Source: a virus. From it: DNA of 46,452 bases. The notes under the pieces are model-generated. The model was not told where the DNA came from, did no database searches, and saw only the letters and a list, made by a program, of their open reading frames with translations. Shown piece by piece: positions 18,095 through 25,894 of the stretch. The stretch lies in IMG/VR virus record IMGVR_UViG_3300049933_000058, positions 1-46,452 of that record. The stretch is one strand, 5' to 3'. Within the stretch, counting starts at the first letter, position 1. Each line of letters opens with the position of its first letter. The position numbers and the translations under genes were made by a program.

Positions 18095-18379
18095 ATGTTA
18101 TCACAAGAGTATCAACCGAAAGTCAATGAGAAGAGGCAAGTTGTAGGGGTGCTACCAGGGGGTGTGGAGTATTGCCTTCGCCCTCCTACCAACCGAGACC
18201 TAATAGCCATTGAACAATGGGCTTTAGAGTCAGGCAGTAACATTGATAAACAGCTTCATATCTTCAGCCATCTAACCTCCCCCCGTATCAGTTACGAGGT
18301 ATTGCTAGACCTGGAAGGCGAGTCTATGGAGGTGATGGGAGCAGCCCTTGACCTCTTTCCAGTTTTCAGTAAGGTTTGA
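18095..18379 (+). CDS. Tail assembly chaperone (gpE/gpG-like)
   Basis: 94 aa, between the tube and tape measure genes. Confidence 0.55.
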   Translation: MLSQEYQPKVNEKRQVVGVLPGGVEYCLRPPTNRDLIAIEQWALESGSNIDKQLHIFSHLTSPRISYEVLLDLEGESMEVMGAALDLFPVFSKV

Positions 18380-18566
18380 CGGTGAGGTTTGGTTTGAGTT
18401 AGAGGGTAGGAGTTTCACCAGAGACTCCTTACAACGCGCTCTAGTCTACGCTAATAAGGGTGTTATAACAACCACCCTTTTTTCTAATATCCCCCTATGG
18501 CAACTTATAGAAGTCCTAGAGTTCAGCTCTGAGTATTACTCGGAGTGTTATAACAATGAGCTATGA
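18348..18566 (+). CDS. Overlapping downstream frame of the tail chaperone (frameshift extension or separate small gene)
   Basis: It overlaps the previous ORF by 32 nt in the +1 frame and ends at the tape measure start. Confidence 0.45.
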   Translation: MTSFQFSVRFDGEVWFELEGRSFTRDSLQRALVYANKGVITTTLFSNIPLWQLIEVLEFSSEYYSECYNNEL

Positions 18567-20352
18567 TAATACAGTTAGTTTTCTATTCACGGCGACCGAC
18601 CGCGTAACCCGTACTGTCAACAACATCAAGAGCAGTATATCAGGTCTGACTGGTAGCGCTGCCCCTGGTGGTGTTGGCGGTGTGGCGGCTTCCTTCCTGG
18701 GTAACTTAGGCAGTAGCGCTGTGTTGGGTGGCATATCCCTTGCTACTCAGGGTATACAGAGAATGACCGGTGCTATGAATGACGCCGTATCAGCTCAAAC
18801 TGCCTTCATCACTACTGCATCAGGTCTTGGTAACTCCCTAGGAGTGCCTATGAAAGAGTCTAAAGCTCTACTGGAGACCCTACAGAAGGACTTAAGCACG
18901 GTAGCAGCAGTGCTACCGGGTGAAAATAAAGACTACCTAGCCGTGTTAAATATGCTCTCTGACACTGTTGCAACAGGGTTTAAGGGGGATATAGAGGGCT
19001 TTAAGGGTGCTATCCTAGACATAACCAAGAGGACAGCAGCGCTCGGTAGCACTATACCGGGTCTGTCCGGTGAAGCCTCAGGGCAGACTATGGAGATGCT
19101 CATGAATGGTAACACCCTCACAAGCCTCAAACGTCTAGACCTATTCCAAAAGAATGCACCCCTTAAAAACGCTTTAGAGCGTGAGATGAAGGCAGCTAAC
19201 CTAGAGGATAAGAACTGGACAAGGGCGACCTTAAAACAGCGTATAGCGGTCATACAGAAGGCGTTAAAAGCCACTGCCACTGATGAACTGTTCAGCGAGT
19301 TTCAAGACACGGCTGAGTCATTGATGCAGGGCATGAAGAACGCTATCTTTGATATGCAAACCGGCGTGTTCGGGTTTATGAGGAGAGTGGGTAGCCGTGA
19401 AGACCGAACTGTGCTAGATGCCTTCACCGAAGTATTGAAGCGTATCAGAACACTGGGCAGTGCCGGCAATAGGTTGGCGAGGGCGTTAGGCTTCTCCTTT
19501 GACCCTATGGAGACGCTCATAGACGTTATGGATGGTGTTAATAACTTCCTAGGTAACATTGCCTACCAGTTGGATATAAGCCCCCCAGAACTCGCTGTGA
19601 GCAACGTTATAGGCTTTATTGGTGAATGGGTCTCAGGTATGTTTAGCAAGGCTGTGGAGGGTGTCAAAGGCTTAGATAGCAGCTTTCTAGGTAAGGGCGT
19701 AGATATGATAGGACACTTTGTAGGTAATATTAACTGGACAACTGTCGGGAGACTACTTGGCAACACTGTGTGGAAGATGCTTATCGGGCTTGTGAGAGCT
19801 ATACCAAACGTCGCTATAACCGTAGGTAAAATAGCTGTAGGGCTTGTCCAGATAGTATCTGGGTTTGTCATAGGTGTTGTGGAAGGTATAGGCCAAAGCC
19901 TTTACAACCTATTTCTTAAACCCATAGTTGACTTCTTTAACCGAATGCGCGCTTGGTGGGATAAGCTCAAGTCATCTATGCCCAACCTGGGTGGTGTCGG
20001 TAACGCTGTGCAAGCGGTTGCTAACGTTGTCACAAACCCTGTAGGAGCTGCTATAAACCTAGGTAAGAAAGTATTAGGGATAGGTGATAACAAAGACAAA
20101 CCGCTCGCCCCCGGTCAGCCCCCGGTTAACGCGGATAAGGTGAATGCTGCCAACAAGGTAGCCAGCCCTATCAAACCGGTGGAACCGGTTAAGACAGTAC
20201 AGAAGACAGCCTCTAACAACACTCAGACCAACACCATCGCTGGGTTGACCATAAACGCGGCTAACGCCGGCACCCCTCAGGAGATAGCCAGCGTCGTTAT
20301 TGAAGAGTTAAACCGCCAACTCAACTTCAAAGTAGCTCAGCAACTAGCCTAG
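18556..20352 (+). CDS. Tape measure protein
   Basis: 598 aa, Gly/Ala-rich with hydrophobic segments, after the chaperone pair. Confidence 0.75.
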   Translation: MSYDNTVSFLFTATDRVTRTVNNIKSSISGLTGSAAPGGVGGVAASFLGNLGSSAVLGGISLATQGIQRMTGAMNDAVSAQTAFITTASGLGNSLGVPMKESKALLETLQKDLSTVAAVLPGENKDYLAVLNMLSDTVATGFKGDIEGFKGAILDITKRTAALGSTIPGLSGEASGQTMEMLMNGNTLTSLKRLDLFQKNAPLKNALEREMKAANLEDKNWTRATLKQRIAVIQKALKATATDELFSEFQDTAESLMQGMKNAIFDMQTGVFGFMRRVGSREDRTVLDAFTEVLKRIRTLGSAGNRLARALGFSFDPMETLIDVMDGVNNFLGNIAYQLDISPPELAVSNVIGFIGEWVSGMFSKAVEGVKGLDSSFLGKGVDMIGHFVGNINWTTVGRLLGNTVWKMLIGLVRAIPNVAITVGKIAVGLVQIVSGFVIGVVEGIGQSLYNLFLKPIVDFFNRMRAWWDKLKSSMPNLGGVGNAVQAVANVVTNPVGAAINLGKKVLGIGDNKDKPLAPGQPPVNADKVNAANKVASPIKPVEPVKTVQKTASNNTQTNTIAGLTINAANAGTPQEIASVVIEELNRQLNFKVAQQLA

Positions 20353-20564
20353 AGTATTTGTGATAACGCCACCACGTCACATCGTTCACCACTCTTACTT
20401 CCGATGACAACCGCCGCGTAGCCTTTGCCACGTTCTACCACACCTTGGTAATGGTTATTAACAAAGTATTCAGCCCTATAAACGCTCTCAGAATACTTTA
20501 ACCACTGTCCAAAGGTCACACGGCAGGGTAACACTGCCGGTACAAACTCTGTTAAACTAGACAT
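20349..20564 (-). CDS. Hypothetical protein
   Basis: 71-aa ORF. Confidence 0.4.
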   Translation of the reverse strand: MSSLTEFVPAVLPCRVTFGQWLKYSESVYRAEYFVNNHYQGVVERGKGYAAVVIGSKSGERCDVVALSQIL

Positions 20565-20607
20565 AGACTTTAAGTCCTCTACTTTCCTTCCTCTCTATCA
20601 TAACACT

Positions 20608-20796
20608 ATGACTAGACTTCAACCATCAGACTTAACTATCGGTAACGTCTACACCATCATATTTCCTAATAAGAGGGTAGCCACGGCTGAATACAGCAGT
20701 AATGAGGGTAACGCACTATGCTTTACCCTCACTGATGGTTATGTTGCAACAATACCACTAGATGGGTGGCGATACTGGGGTGTTGAAACTTTCTAG
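20608..20796 (+). CDS. Hypothetical protein
   Basis: 62-aa ORF. Confidence 0.4.
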   Translation: MTRLQPSDLTIGNVYTIIFPNKRVATAEYSSNEGNALCFTLTDGYVATIPLDGWRYWGVETF

Positions 20797-21077
20797 GTGA
20801 GCAGTGGCATAAGTACCTTGTTGGCTTTAGGTATTGGTGTGACTTCTACCATCTCATAGCCTTCTAGGTTTAAACAGGCAGCATAGAGGTCAAGGTTAGT
20901 GGTGTTGTAAGGGTCTCCTAGAGTATGCCCATAGTAACCCTGACTCATTGATAATGCATTCAAGGTATAAACATCCAAAGGTTCATACTCAGGTTCTACC
21001 AACTTATCAGGCTCATTGTGTGGTGTTGTGATAACAATATTAAGGAGGTTATCAAGGCGTTGAATATTTATGACCAT
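20793..21077 (-). CDS. Small protein coupled to the HExxH protein (immunity/inhibitor candidate)
   Basis: 94 aa. Its start overlaps the end of 21068..22270. Confidence 0.5.
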   Translation of the reverse strand: MVINIQRLDNLLNIVITTPHNEPDKLVEPEYEPLDVYTLNALSMSQGYYGHTLGDPYNTTNLDLYAACLNLEGYEMVEVTPIPKANKVLMPLLT

Positions 21078-22270
21078 TGGTTTATTAGTGTTCCTACGGT
21101 GAAGTGGTATAAGTCAGGGTCTTGACGGTAGAGCGTTGCCATGTTTTTAGAGGTGGTAAAGTCCTGTAAACCCATAGATGTTACTTCTGTCCCTACCTCC
21201 TTGAAACCGTTGTTATAAACTTTACCTATATATGGTGAATGGTATTTGCCAGGCAATGCTAGCTCATCTTCGCTATAACCCTCCATCCGTTCGGGTTTAA
21301 GTGAGAAAGCTCTATCATTACGCCATGAGATAGCAGCATCAAGCTGCTTACGGTTGTCTTCTTCCCAAGCGTGACCCGCCTCATGATAGGTTACAGTCCT
21401 ACTATAAAAAGACTTATCACCTACATTAAAGTAACCATCGTCTGTGTTAAAGTAAGGTCTATCTTTTTTGTAGCCTATTGTTTTAATAATGCCGTTACCC
21501 GACGTTAACTCATACAAGTCGGCAATATCTTTTTTAACTTTGGCTGCATACTCATTATCGAGGTTGTCAACCTTAACCTTGCTAGCTAACACCTCAGCCT
21601 CAGAACGGCTAATACGGCTATTAGCTCTTAGGTTACTTAGCAAAGTCTCATGAGCTGCTGACTCTAGCTCAAGTTGTTTAGAATACGCCTCATCTTTCTC
21701 CTTTACCTTTTTAGCTAGTTTGTTTATTAGTTTCTGTCTCTCCTCAGGCGTCCTAGCTGTTGCTACTCTCTTCAATAAGGCGTTACCCTCTTCCTTTAAC
21801 TTATCGACCCTGGCTGATAACTCCACCACCTTTGGGTCTGTTTTTATAAACTGTTCTGTATATGCCTTCCCAGCCCTTACAAACTCCTTAGAGCTGTATG
21901 CCTTCGGCTTGTCTACCACTTTCTTATACCGAACTTGTGATAACAAGTTCTCCTTCCATGAGTCTTTACGGTTTCTATAGCTGGTAGGTTGGCTCACCCC
22001 TGCCTTATTGGTTAACTTCCTTAGGTCTGATAAGTTCATCTTATCCAGTTCCTTGGTCAGCTCTCCCAAACTCTTAGAGGTTAGACCCTTACTATTAAGC
22101 AGGCTAACTAACTTAGTAGCCTGCTTTGATGAGAGTTCCTTCTCTATTCGCTTACGTTCTTTGCCAACGTTATGTTTAACCTGTACTGCTTTCGCGCCCG
22201 GTGTCCCCTTGCTAGCAAACCTCCCTTTGGCGTCTCTATAATATGTTCTAGTTACCGTCTTCCCAGCCAT
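21068..22270 (-). CDS. Modular protein: basic/coiled-coil N-terminus shared with 22568..24010, plus a C-terminal HExxH zincin-like domain
   Basis: Carries TVTYHEAGHAWEED. Its N-terminal RDAKGRFASKG ... KERKRIEKELSSKQ parallels RKGNGQFNGS ... RERDRIKAELSQEQ in the paralogue. Confidence 0.6.
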   Translation of the reverse strand: MAGKTVTRTYYRDAKGRFASKGTPGAKAVQVKHNVGKERKRIEKELSSKQATKLVSLLNSKGLTSKSLGELTKELDKMNLSDLRKLTNKAGVSQPTSYRNRKDSWKENLLSQVRYKKVVDKPKAYSSKEFVRAGKAYTEQFIKTDPKVVELSARVDKLKEEGNALLKRVATARTPEERQKLINKLAKKVKEKDEAYSKQLELESAAHETLLSNLRANSRISRSEAEVLASKVKVDNLDNEYAAKVKKDIADLYELTSGNGIIKTIGYKKDRPYFNTDDGYFNVGDKSFYSRTVTYHEAGHAWEEDNRKQLDAAISWRNDRAFSLKPERMEGYSEDELALPGKYHSPYIGKVYNNGFKEVGTEVTSMGLQDFTTSKNMATLYRQDPDLYHFTVGTLINQWS

Positions 22271-22303
22271 GTTAAAACAAAGTGTCTATAACGGGGGACT
22301 GTG

Positions 22304-22564
22304 TTAACTAGGTTCATCTAGTTGGGCAATGTCTATCTGGGCATCGTCAGACTGGTCTGCCCAGTTAAACTCGGCTTCTGAACCATCTGAGAAAGTGATG
22401 AGAAACCTAGCGTTACCCAAGTCGTTAACAGGGTCAAAGTCTAACATCCGGTAAGAACCGTCTGAGGCCACACCGTCATTATAAAGGATAACCGGGGCAT
22501 CCTCATCCAACTTTGTAGTGTCAACTTCTACCTGGTTTCCAGACTGGTCTACTAACGTTAACAT
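22304..22564 (-). CDS. Small acidic protein following the LHH-motif protein (immunity/inhibitor candidate)
   Basis: 86 aa, D/E-rich, starting 4 nt after the stop of 22568..24010. Confidence 0.5.
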   Translation of the reverse strand: MLTLVDQSGNQVEVDTTKLDEDAPVILYNDGVASDGSYRMLDFDPVNDLGNARFLITFSDGSEAEFNWADQSDDAQIDIAQLDEPS

Positions 22565-22567
22565 ATT

Positions 22568-24010
22568 TTACTTACTCGCTCTTAGTACTTTATTATTCAT
22601 TATACTGTTAAACTCATCAGGAGTCAACTCACCTCGCCTCAGGCGTCGGTTCACCTCACCGGCTACGGCGTGAGCGTTCTGCCGGTGCCATTCACCCCAA
22701 TAACTATCCCTCACGTCGTTATGATACTCTCTACCCTCAGTTAGACCATACTCAGAACCACTCTTAGACTTGTCTGGTAACCCAAACTTCACAACCTCAC
22801 CCGTATCAGGGTGTATCCCCTTGGGGTGGTTTAAGTCATAATAGTGTGGCGAGGTTAGGTCATGCAACCCACCCGGTAACACTACATAGGCGCGCTCCTT
22901 CTGGCTAGCAGCAGCTATCTCATACTTACCGTGGGGCGTCGGTCTCAACAGTTCTCTTGACTGTGCCTTAGCCTCCTCCAGGCTTATCTCGCCAGCTTCA
23001 TACTTCTTAACAATGCTGTCCAATGGCACCTTAGCCCATTGGTTAATGTGGTGAAGCTGTGCCTGCCCGTACTGACCAGGCTTGCCCATTCTACTCTCGT
23101 CAGGCAGTCTACCCCAAGAGTTAGCGTTCCAATAGGGTGCTGGCGCTTTCAGCCCCTTGTCATGGTTTTCCACAAACCTCATAGCTGTAGCTAACTCACC
23201 TATTAGCTGCTCATTATTTAGGTTACGGCTTATTTTAACATTGTTTGGCACACCTAAAACCGTTTCACCCTTGTGTATCATAACACTCCGGTTACGGTTT
23301 AAACTTTCACCACCAACCTCATAGTTATACTCCTTCTTACCTCTAAAGGTAGTATCTTTGTATTGGCCGTAGGTCTTACCCTCCCATATCCTAAGACGCT
23401 TACCCTCTACCTTAAATGAGCCTTCTTCTATGGGTGCCCTGTCAGGTTTATTCGCTTTAAGCCTTGCCTCTGTGGCTACAAGGGGTAACAACTCAGCCTC
23501 ACCAAATGCCAACGGTTTACCAGCGTTGAACTTCTTCTGAGCCTTTCTAGCTAGGCTCATCAGTTTCTTATCTGCCTTCTGGGTCTTAAACTGCTCATTT
23601 AGTTGGATAGCAGTCTTCTGTTGCTTCTCTAGGATACGCAGGTTAAAGGCGTCTAACGGGTCAGTAGTGCCCTTCCTAGCGGCTTCCTTCATCTTCTTCT
23701 TAAGTGCTGTAACCTCTTTCTTTAGGTTCCTAGCCTGTTCACCATACTTAAGAGAGCGCGGGGCTGACGGTTTAGCCAGCACACCCCCCAACCTTTTACG
23801 TTGCTCCTGTGACAACTCAGCCTTTATCCTGTCTCTCTCCCTAGCCACTTTAACAGCACCTAACACACTGCTGGAGGCCGACTTAGCGCCATTCTTCCGG
23901 GACACCTTAGCTGTTTTCCCTGACCCTACAGAGCCATTAAACTGTCCGTTACCCTTCCTTAAGTACTTCGCAGCTTCTTTAACCTTACTCCTAGATACAT
24001 TCTTAGGCAC
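22568..24010 (-). CDS. Modular protein: shared basic N-terminus plus a C-terminal LHH-motif region (possible HNH/EndoVII-fold nuclease)
   Basis: AQLHHINQW followed by LPGGLHDLTSPHYYDLNHPKG. GTG start per the ORF track. Confidence 0.5.
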   Translation of the reverse strand: MPKNVSRSKVKEAAKYLRKGNGQFNGSVGSGKTAKVSRKNGAKSASSSVLGAVKVARERDRIKAELSQEQRKRLGGVLAKPSAPRSLKYGEQARNLKKEVTALKKKMKEAARKGTTDPLDAFNLRILEKQQKTAIQLNEQFKTQKADKKLMSLARKAQKKFNAGKPLAFGEAELLPLVATEARLKANKPDRAPIEEGSFKVEGKRLRIWEGKTYGQYKDTTFRGKKEYNYEVGGESLNRNRSVMIHKGETVLGVPNNVKISRNLNNEQLIGELATAMRFVENHDKGLKAPAPYWNANSWGRLPDESRMGKPGQYGQAQLHHINQWAKVPLDSIVKKYEAGEISLEEAKAQSRELLRPTPHGKYEIAAASQKERAYVVLPGGLHDLTSPHYYDLNHPKGIHPDTGEVVKFGLPDKSKSGSEYGLTEGREYHNDVRDSYWGEWHRQNAHAVAGEVNRRLRRGELTPDEFNSIMNNKVLRASK

Positions 24011-24030
24011 TACTGACTCACTATAAACTA

Positions 24031-24039
24031 TGTTATAAT
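24031..24039 (+). promoter_or_regulatory. Extended -10 promoter TGtTATAAT
   Basis: TGTTATAAT lies 27 nt upstream of ATG 24066. Confidence 0.5.
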
Positions 24040-24065
24040 GAGACTATGTCTAGCTTTAACCTCCT

Positions 24066-24287
24066 ATGCAAGTCTTGGTTACCTCTATCTACTCTGACCC
24101 TGCAAGCCCTCAGGGTGATATTTACGTTGTTACTCATAATAGTGACCACCACCCAAACCCCATGAGCATTAAAGCTGAGGCACCTTTACAACGTGGCGCT
24201 CGCTACGATGTTACATTGCCCCACCCAGCCATTTGTCAGCGTCTCTACGATGGTAACCACTACCCTGTTGCAACAAACATACAATGA
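24066..24287 (+). CDS. Hypothetical protein
   Basis: 73-aa ORF after the promoter. No clear RBS. Confidence 0.4.
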   Translation: MQVLVTSIYSDPASPQGDIYVVTHNSDHHPNPMSIKAEAPLQRGARYDVTLPHPAICQRLYDGNHYPVATNIQ

Positions 24288-24514
24288 TAAAACATTACCT
24301 ATTAACCCAACCTCTTGTTACAGCAGAGTTACTCGCCGCGTCCAATGCCGTAGAACTGCCATTCAGGCTTGTTACAGGTGATGACTTCCTAGGAAGTGAT
24401 AAAGTCCTATACAGTTAAAACCTGCTTAGTCACCTCTTTCAACGGAGAGACCGTTATTGTCACGTACCTCCAAACAGTCAAATAACTCTGTTATCACAAT
24501 GACACAGTAGTACT

Positions 24515-24539
24515 AACCCACCCTTGAGGGTGGGTTTTT
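24515..24539 (+). terminator. Intrinsic terminator
   Basis: AACCCACCC-TTGA-GGGTGGGTT followed by TTTTT. Confidence 0.8.
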
Positions 24540-24547
24540 AATAGGGG

Positions 24548-24576
24548 TTGCAACTTTTGGAGAAAGGTGTTATATT
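24548..24576 (+). promoter_or_regulatory. Promoter of RNA A
   Basis: TTGCAA, a 17-nt spacer, then TGtTATATT. Its AAGGTGTTATAnT context is shared with loci B and C. Confidence 0.7.
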
Positions 24577-24582
24577 AGAGAA

Positions 24583-24899
24583 GTGGTGAGAGAGCCACAG
24601 TGGTGTGATAGGTCAGAGTTTGCGAACACCCTTCGGGGTTACTAACCACTCAGGCTATGCTGCTAAGGCTCTCAAACCGTAAACCAAACCTGGCTTCTAA
24701 CTGGTGGGGACATCAGACTGAGGCCAACAACGACACTACCAAGTCTCTAACAAGGTAACAAACAGCACACAGCTTCAATGGAGACAAGTCTCCTGCCTGA
24801 TATGAAGTGTTAGTGGCACTCATAGTAGCCCTAAAGTCACCCGTCCTGATGAGTCAGGCCAAAGGGATAGGTGATAGAGGGGCACCGCTATGGGTTAAC
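24583..24899 (+). ncRNA. Candidate structured RNA A (about 320 nt), fused at its 3' end to tRNA-Ile
   Basis: No credible ORF. The first ~90 nt align with RNA B. A C(UUCG)G hairpin lies at 24628-24639. The RNA ends at the mature 5' end of the tRNA. Ends are approximate. Confidence 0.6.
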
Positions 24900-24972
24900 G
24901 GTACTATGGCTCAATGGTTAGAGCAGCTTCCTTATAAGAGGTTGGTTATGGGTTCGAGTCCCATTAGTACCA
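24900..24972 (+). tRNA. tRNA-Ile, anticodon UAU (reads AUA)
   Basis: Hand fold: GGTACTA-TG-GCTC-AATGGTTA-GAGC-A-GCTTC-CTTATAA-GAGGT-TGGTT-ATGGG-TTCGAGT-CCCAT-TAGTACC-A. Total 73 nt, with a 7-bp acceptor stem and a canonical T loop. Confidence 0.85.
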
Positions 24973-25001
24973 CTCTGTTATCACAATACTACGACCACCA
25001 T

Positions 25002-25023
25002 CCCACTATAACAAGTGGGTTTT
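25002..25023 (+). terminator. Hairpin plus T-run after the tRNA
   Basis: CCCACT-ATAACA-AGTGGG followed by TTTT. Confidence 0.5.
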
Positions 25024-25028
25024 ACTGT

Positions 25029-25478
25029 ATGAAATATGACTCTAACCTGTTCTTTATCACCGCTCTCAGAAGTCGCATCTCTGTTATAACAAATGCTGCA
25101 TTGGCACTAACCTGTGTGATAACAGGTACACTGACTGAGGCTGAGGTACCTAAAAGGGTGCTGTACGGTGTGGCAATGGCTAGTAGCTTCAATGGACTCT
25201 TAGCCTTAAAGTCTCAGGAGGCTCACCAGAAGGCTCAGGAGGACGTTGCTGATATCAGTGACCAAGTTAGGACTAACGACATCTACCAGCGGTTACAGGG
25301 TCATGGAGAGGGTACTGACTTATCAGGGCAAGTCTATAACTATCTTGTAGACCAGTCAGGGCAGGGTAAAACCAAGGATGAGATGCTCAGGTCACTTCAC
25401 ACAGACCGTGCCAAAGCCCTACAACTTTGGCTAGAGCTAGAGCAACGCTATGGCAAAATACCCACAGGAGACTTCTAA
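25029..25478 (+). CDS. Hypothetical membrane-associated protein
   Basis: The ORF track gives 24807..25478, which runs through the tRNA. I truncate it to ATG 25029 (MKYDSNLFFITAL...). The N-terminus has hydrophobic segments. Confidence 0.55.
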   Translation: MKYDSNLFFITALRSRISVITNAALALTCVITGTLTEAEVPKRVLYGVAMASSFNGLLALKSQEAHQKAQEDVADISDQVRTNDIYQRLQGHGEGTDLSGQVYNYLVDQSGQGKTKDEMLRSLHTDRAKALQLWLELEQRYGKIPTGDF

Positions 25479-25500
25479 CTCTGTTATAACAAAGTAATGT

Positions 25501-25536
25501 AACCCTCCCTAGCTAGTATAAGGAGGGTTATTTATT
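25501..25536 (+). terminator. Intrinsic terminator
   Basis: AACCCTCC ... GGAGGGTT followed by ATTTATT. Confidence 0.6.
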
Positions 25537-25598
25537 GGCGTAGGTCTCTGTTTACACTCACCCACTTTATGGTGTCAGCACTATAGTACTGTTAACAC

Positions 25599-25793
25599 TT
25601 AGTGAGGTGGTAGTGTTGGCAGGTCTTTGAGCATTAGTTTACCAACCAACTCAGTGTATAGGGTGACCGTGATGAGGTGTTGCTCAAACAGTTCTATTAA
25701 CACTGCTTTAGTCTGGTCTGGTGACATATCCCTGACCATCAGTTTAAAAGACTCTAGAGTTAGTTGCTTCTCTAGCGGTAACTCGGTAGTCAT
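25599..25793 (-). CDS. nblA: NblA-like phycobilisome degradation protein
   Basis: ELPLEKQLTLESFKLMVRDMSPDQTKAVLIELFEQHLITVTLYTELV aligns with the NblA pattern (Anabaena NblA as I recall it: ELSLEQQFSIRSFATQVQNMSHDQAKDFLVKLYEQMVVREATYQELL). Length 64 aa. Confidence 0.75.
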   Translation of the reverse strand: MTTELPLEKQLTLESFKLMVRDMSPDQTKAVLIELFEQHLITVTLYTELVGKLMLKDLPTLPPH

Positions 25794-25894
25794 TGGTTAA
25801 CTCCACTCACTAAGTGTTAACACGAGATGGTGTCACCCTCTAAAGCATTACCACCAACACTTCCACCAAAGTGGTGTCACTTTGTGTGAGTGTG

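Noticed and set aside
18933-20099. Minus-strand ORFs inside the tape measure gene. Similar antisense ORFs lie inside the sheath, polymerase, helicase, fiber and hub genes.
   Set aside because: They are antisense to strongly supported long genes, with Ser/Pro/Leu-rich composition typical of shadow ORFs.
24313-24397. Direct repeat CTTGTTACAG x2 and the 14-bp palindrome ACTTCCTAGGAAGT, considered as a replication origin.
   Set aside because: There are too few repeats, no AT-rich unwinding element and no adjacent initiator gene. I cannot distinguish this from chance or from a small regulatory site.
24843-24860. CTGATGAG, the hammerhead ribozyme core sequence, just upstream of the tRNA.
   Set aside because: It is simply the loop and 3' side of a perfect hairpin, CCTGA-TGAG-TCAGG. 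No GAAA core or cleavage-site helix arrangement could be built around it.
24807-25478. The 223-aa ORF in the track spans the tRNA gene.
   Set aside because: Its first 74 codons read through the ncRNA 3' end and the whole tRNA-Ile, then a hairpin. Only the part from ATG 25029 is plausible as a gene.
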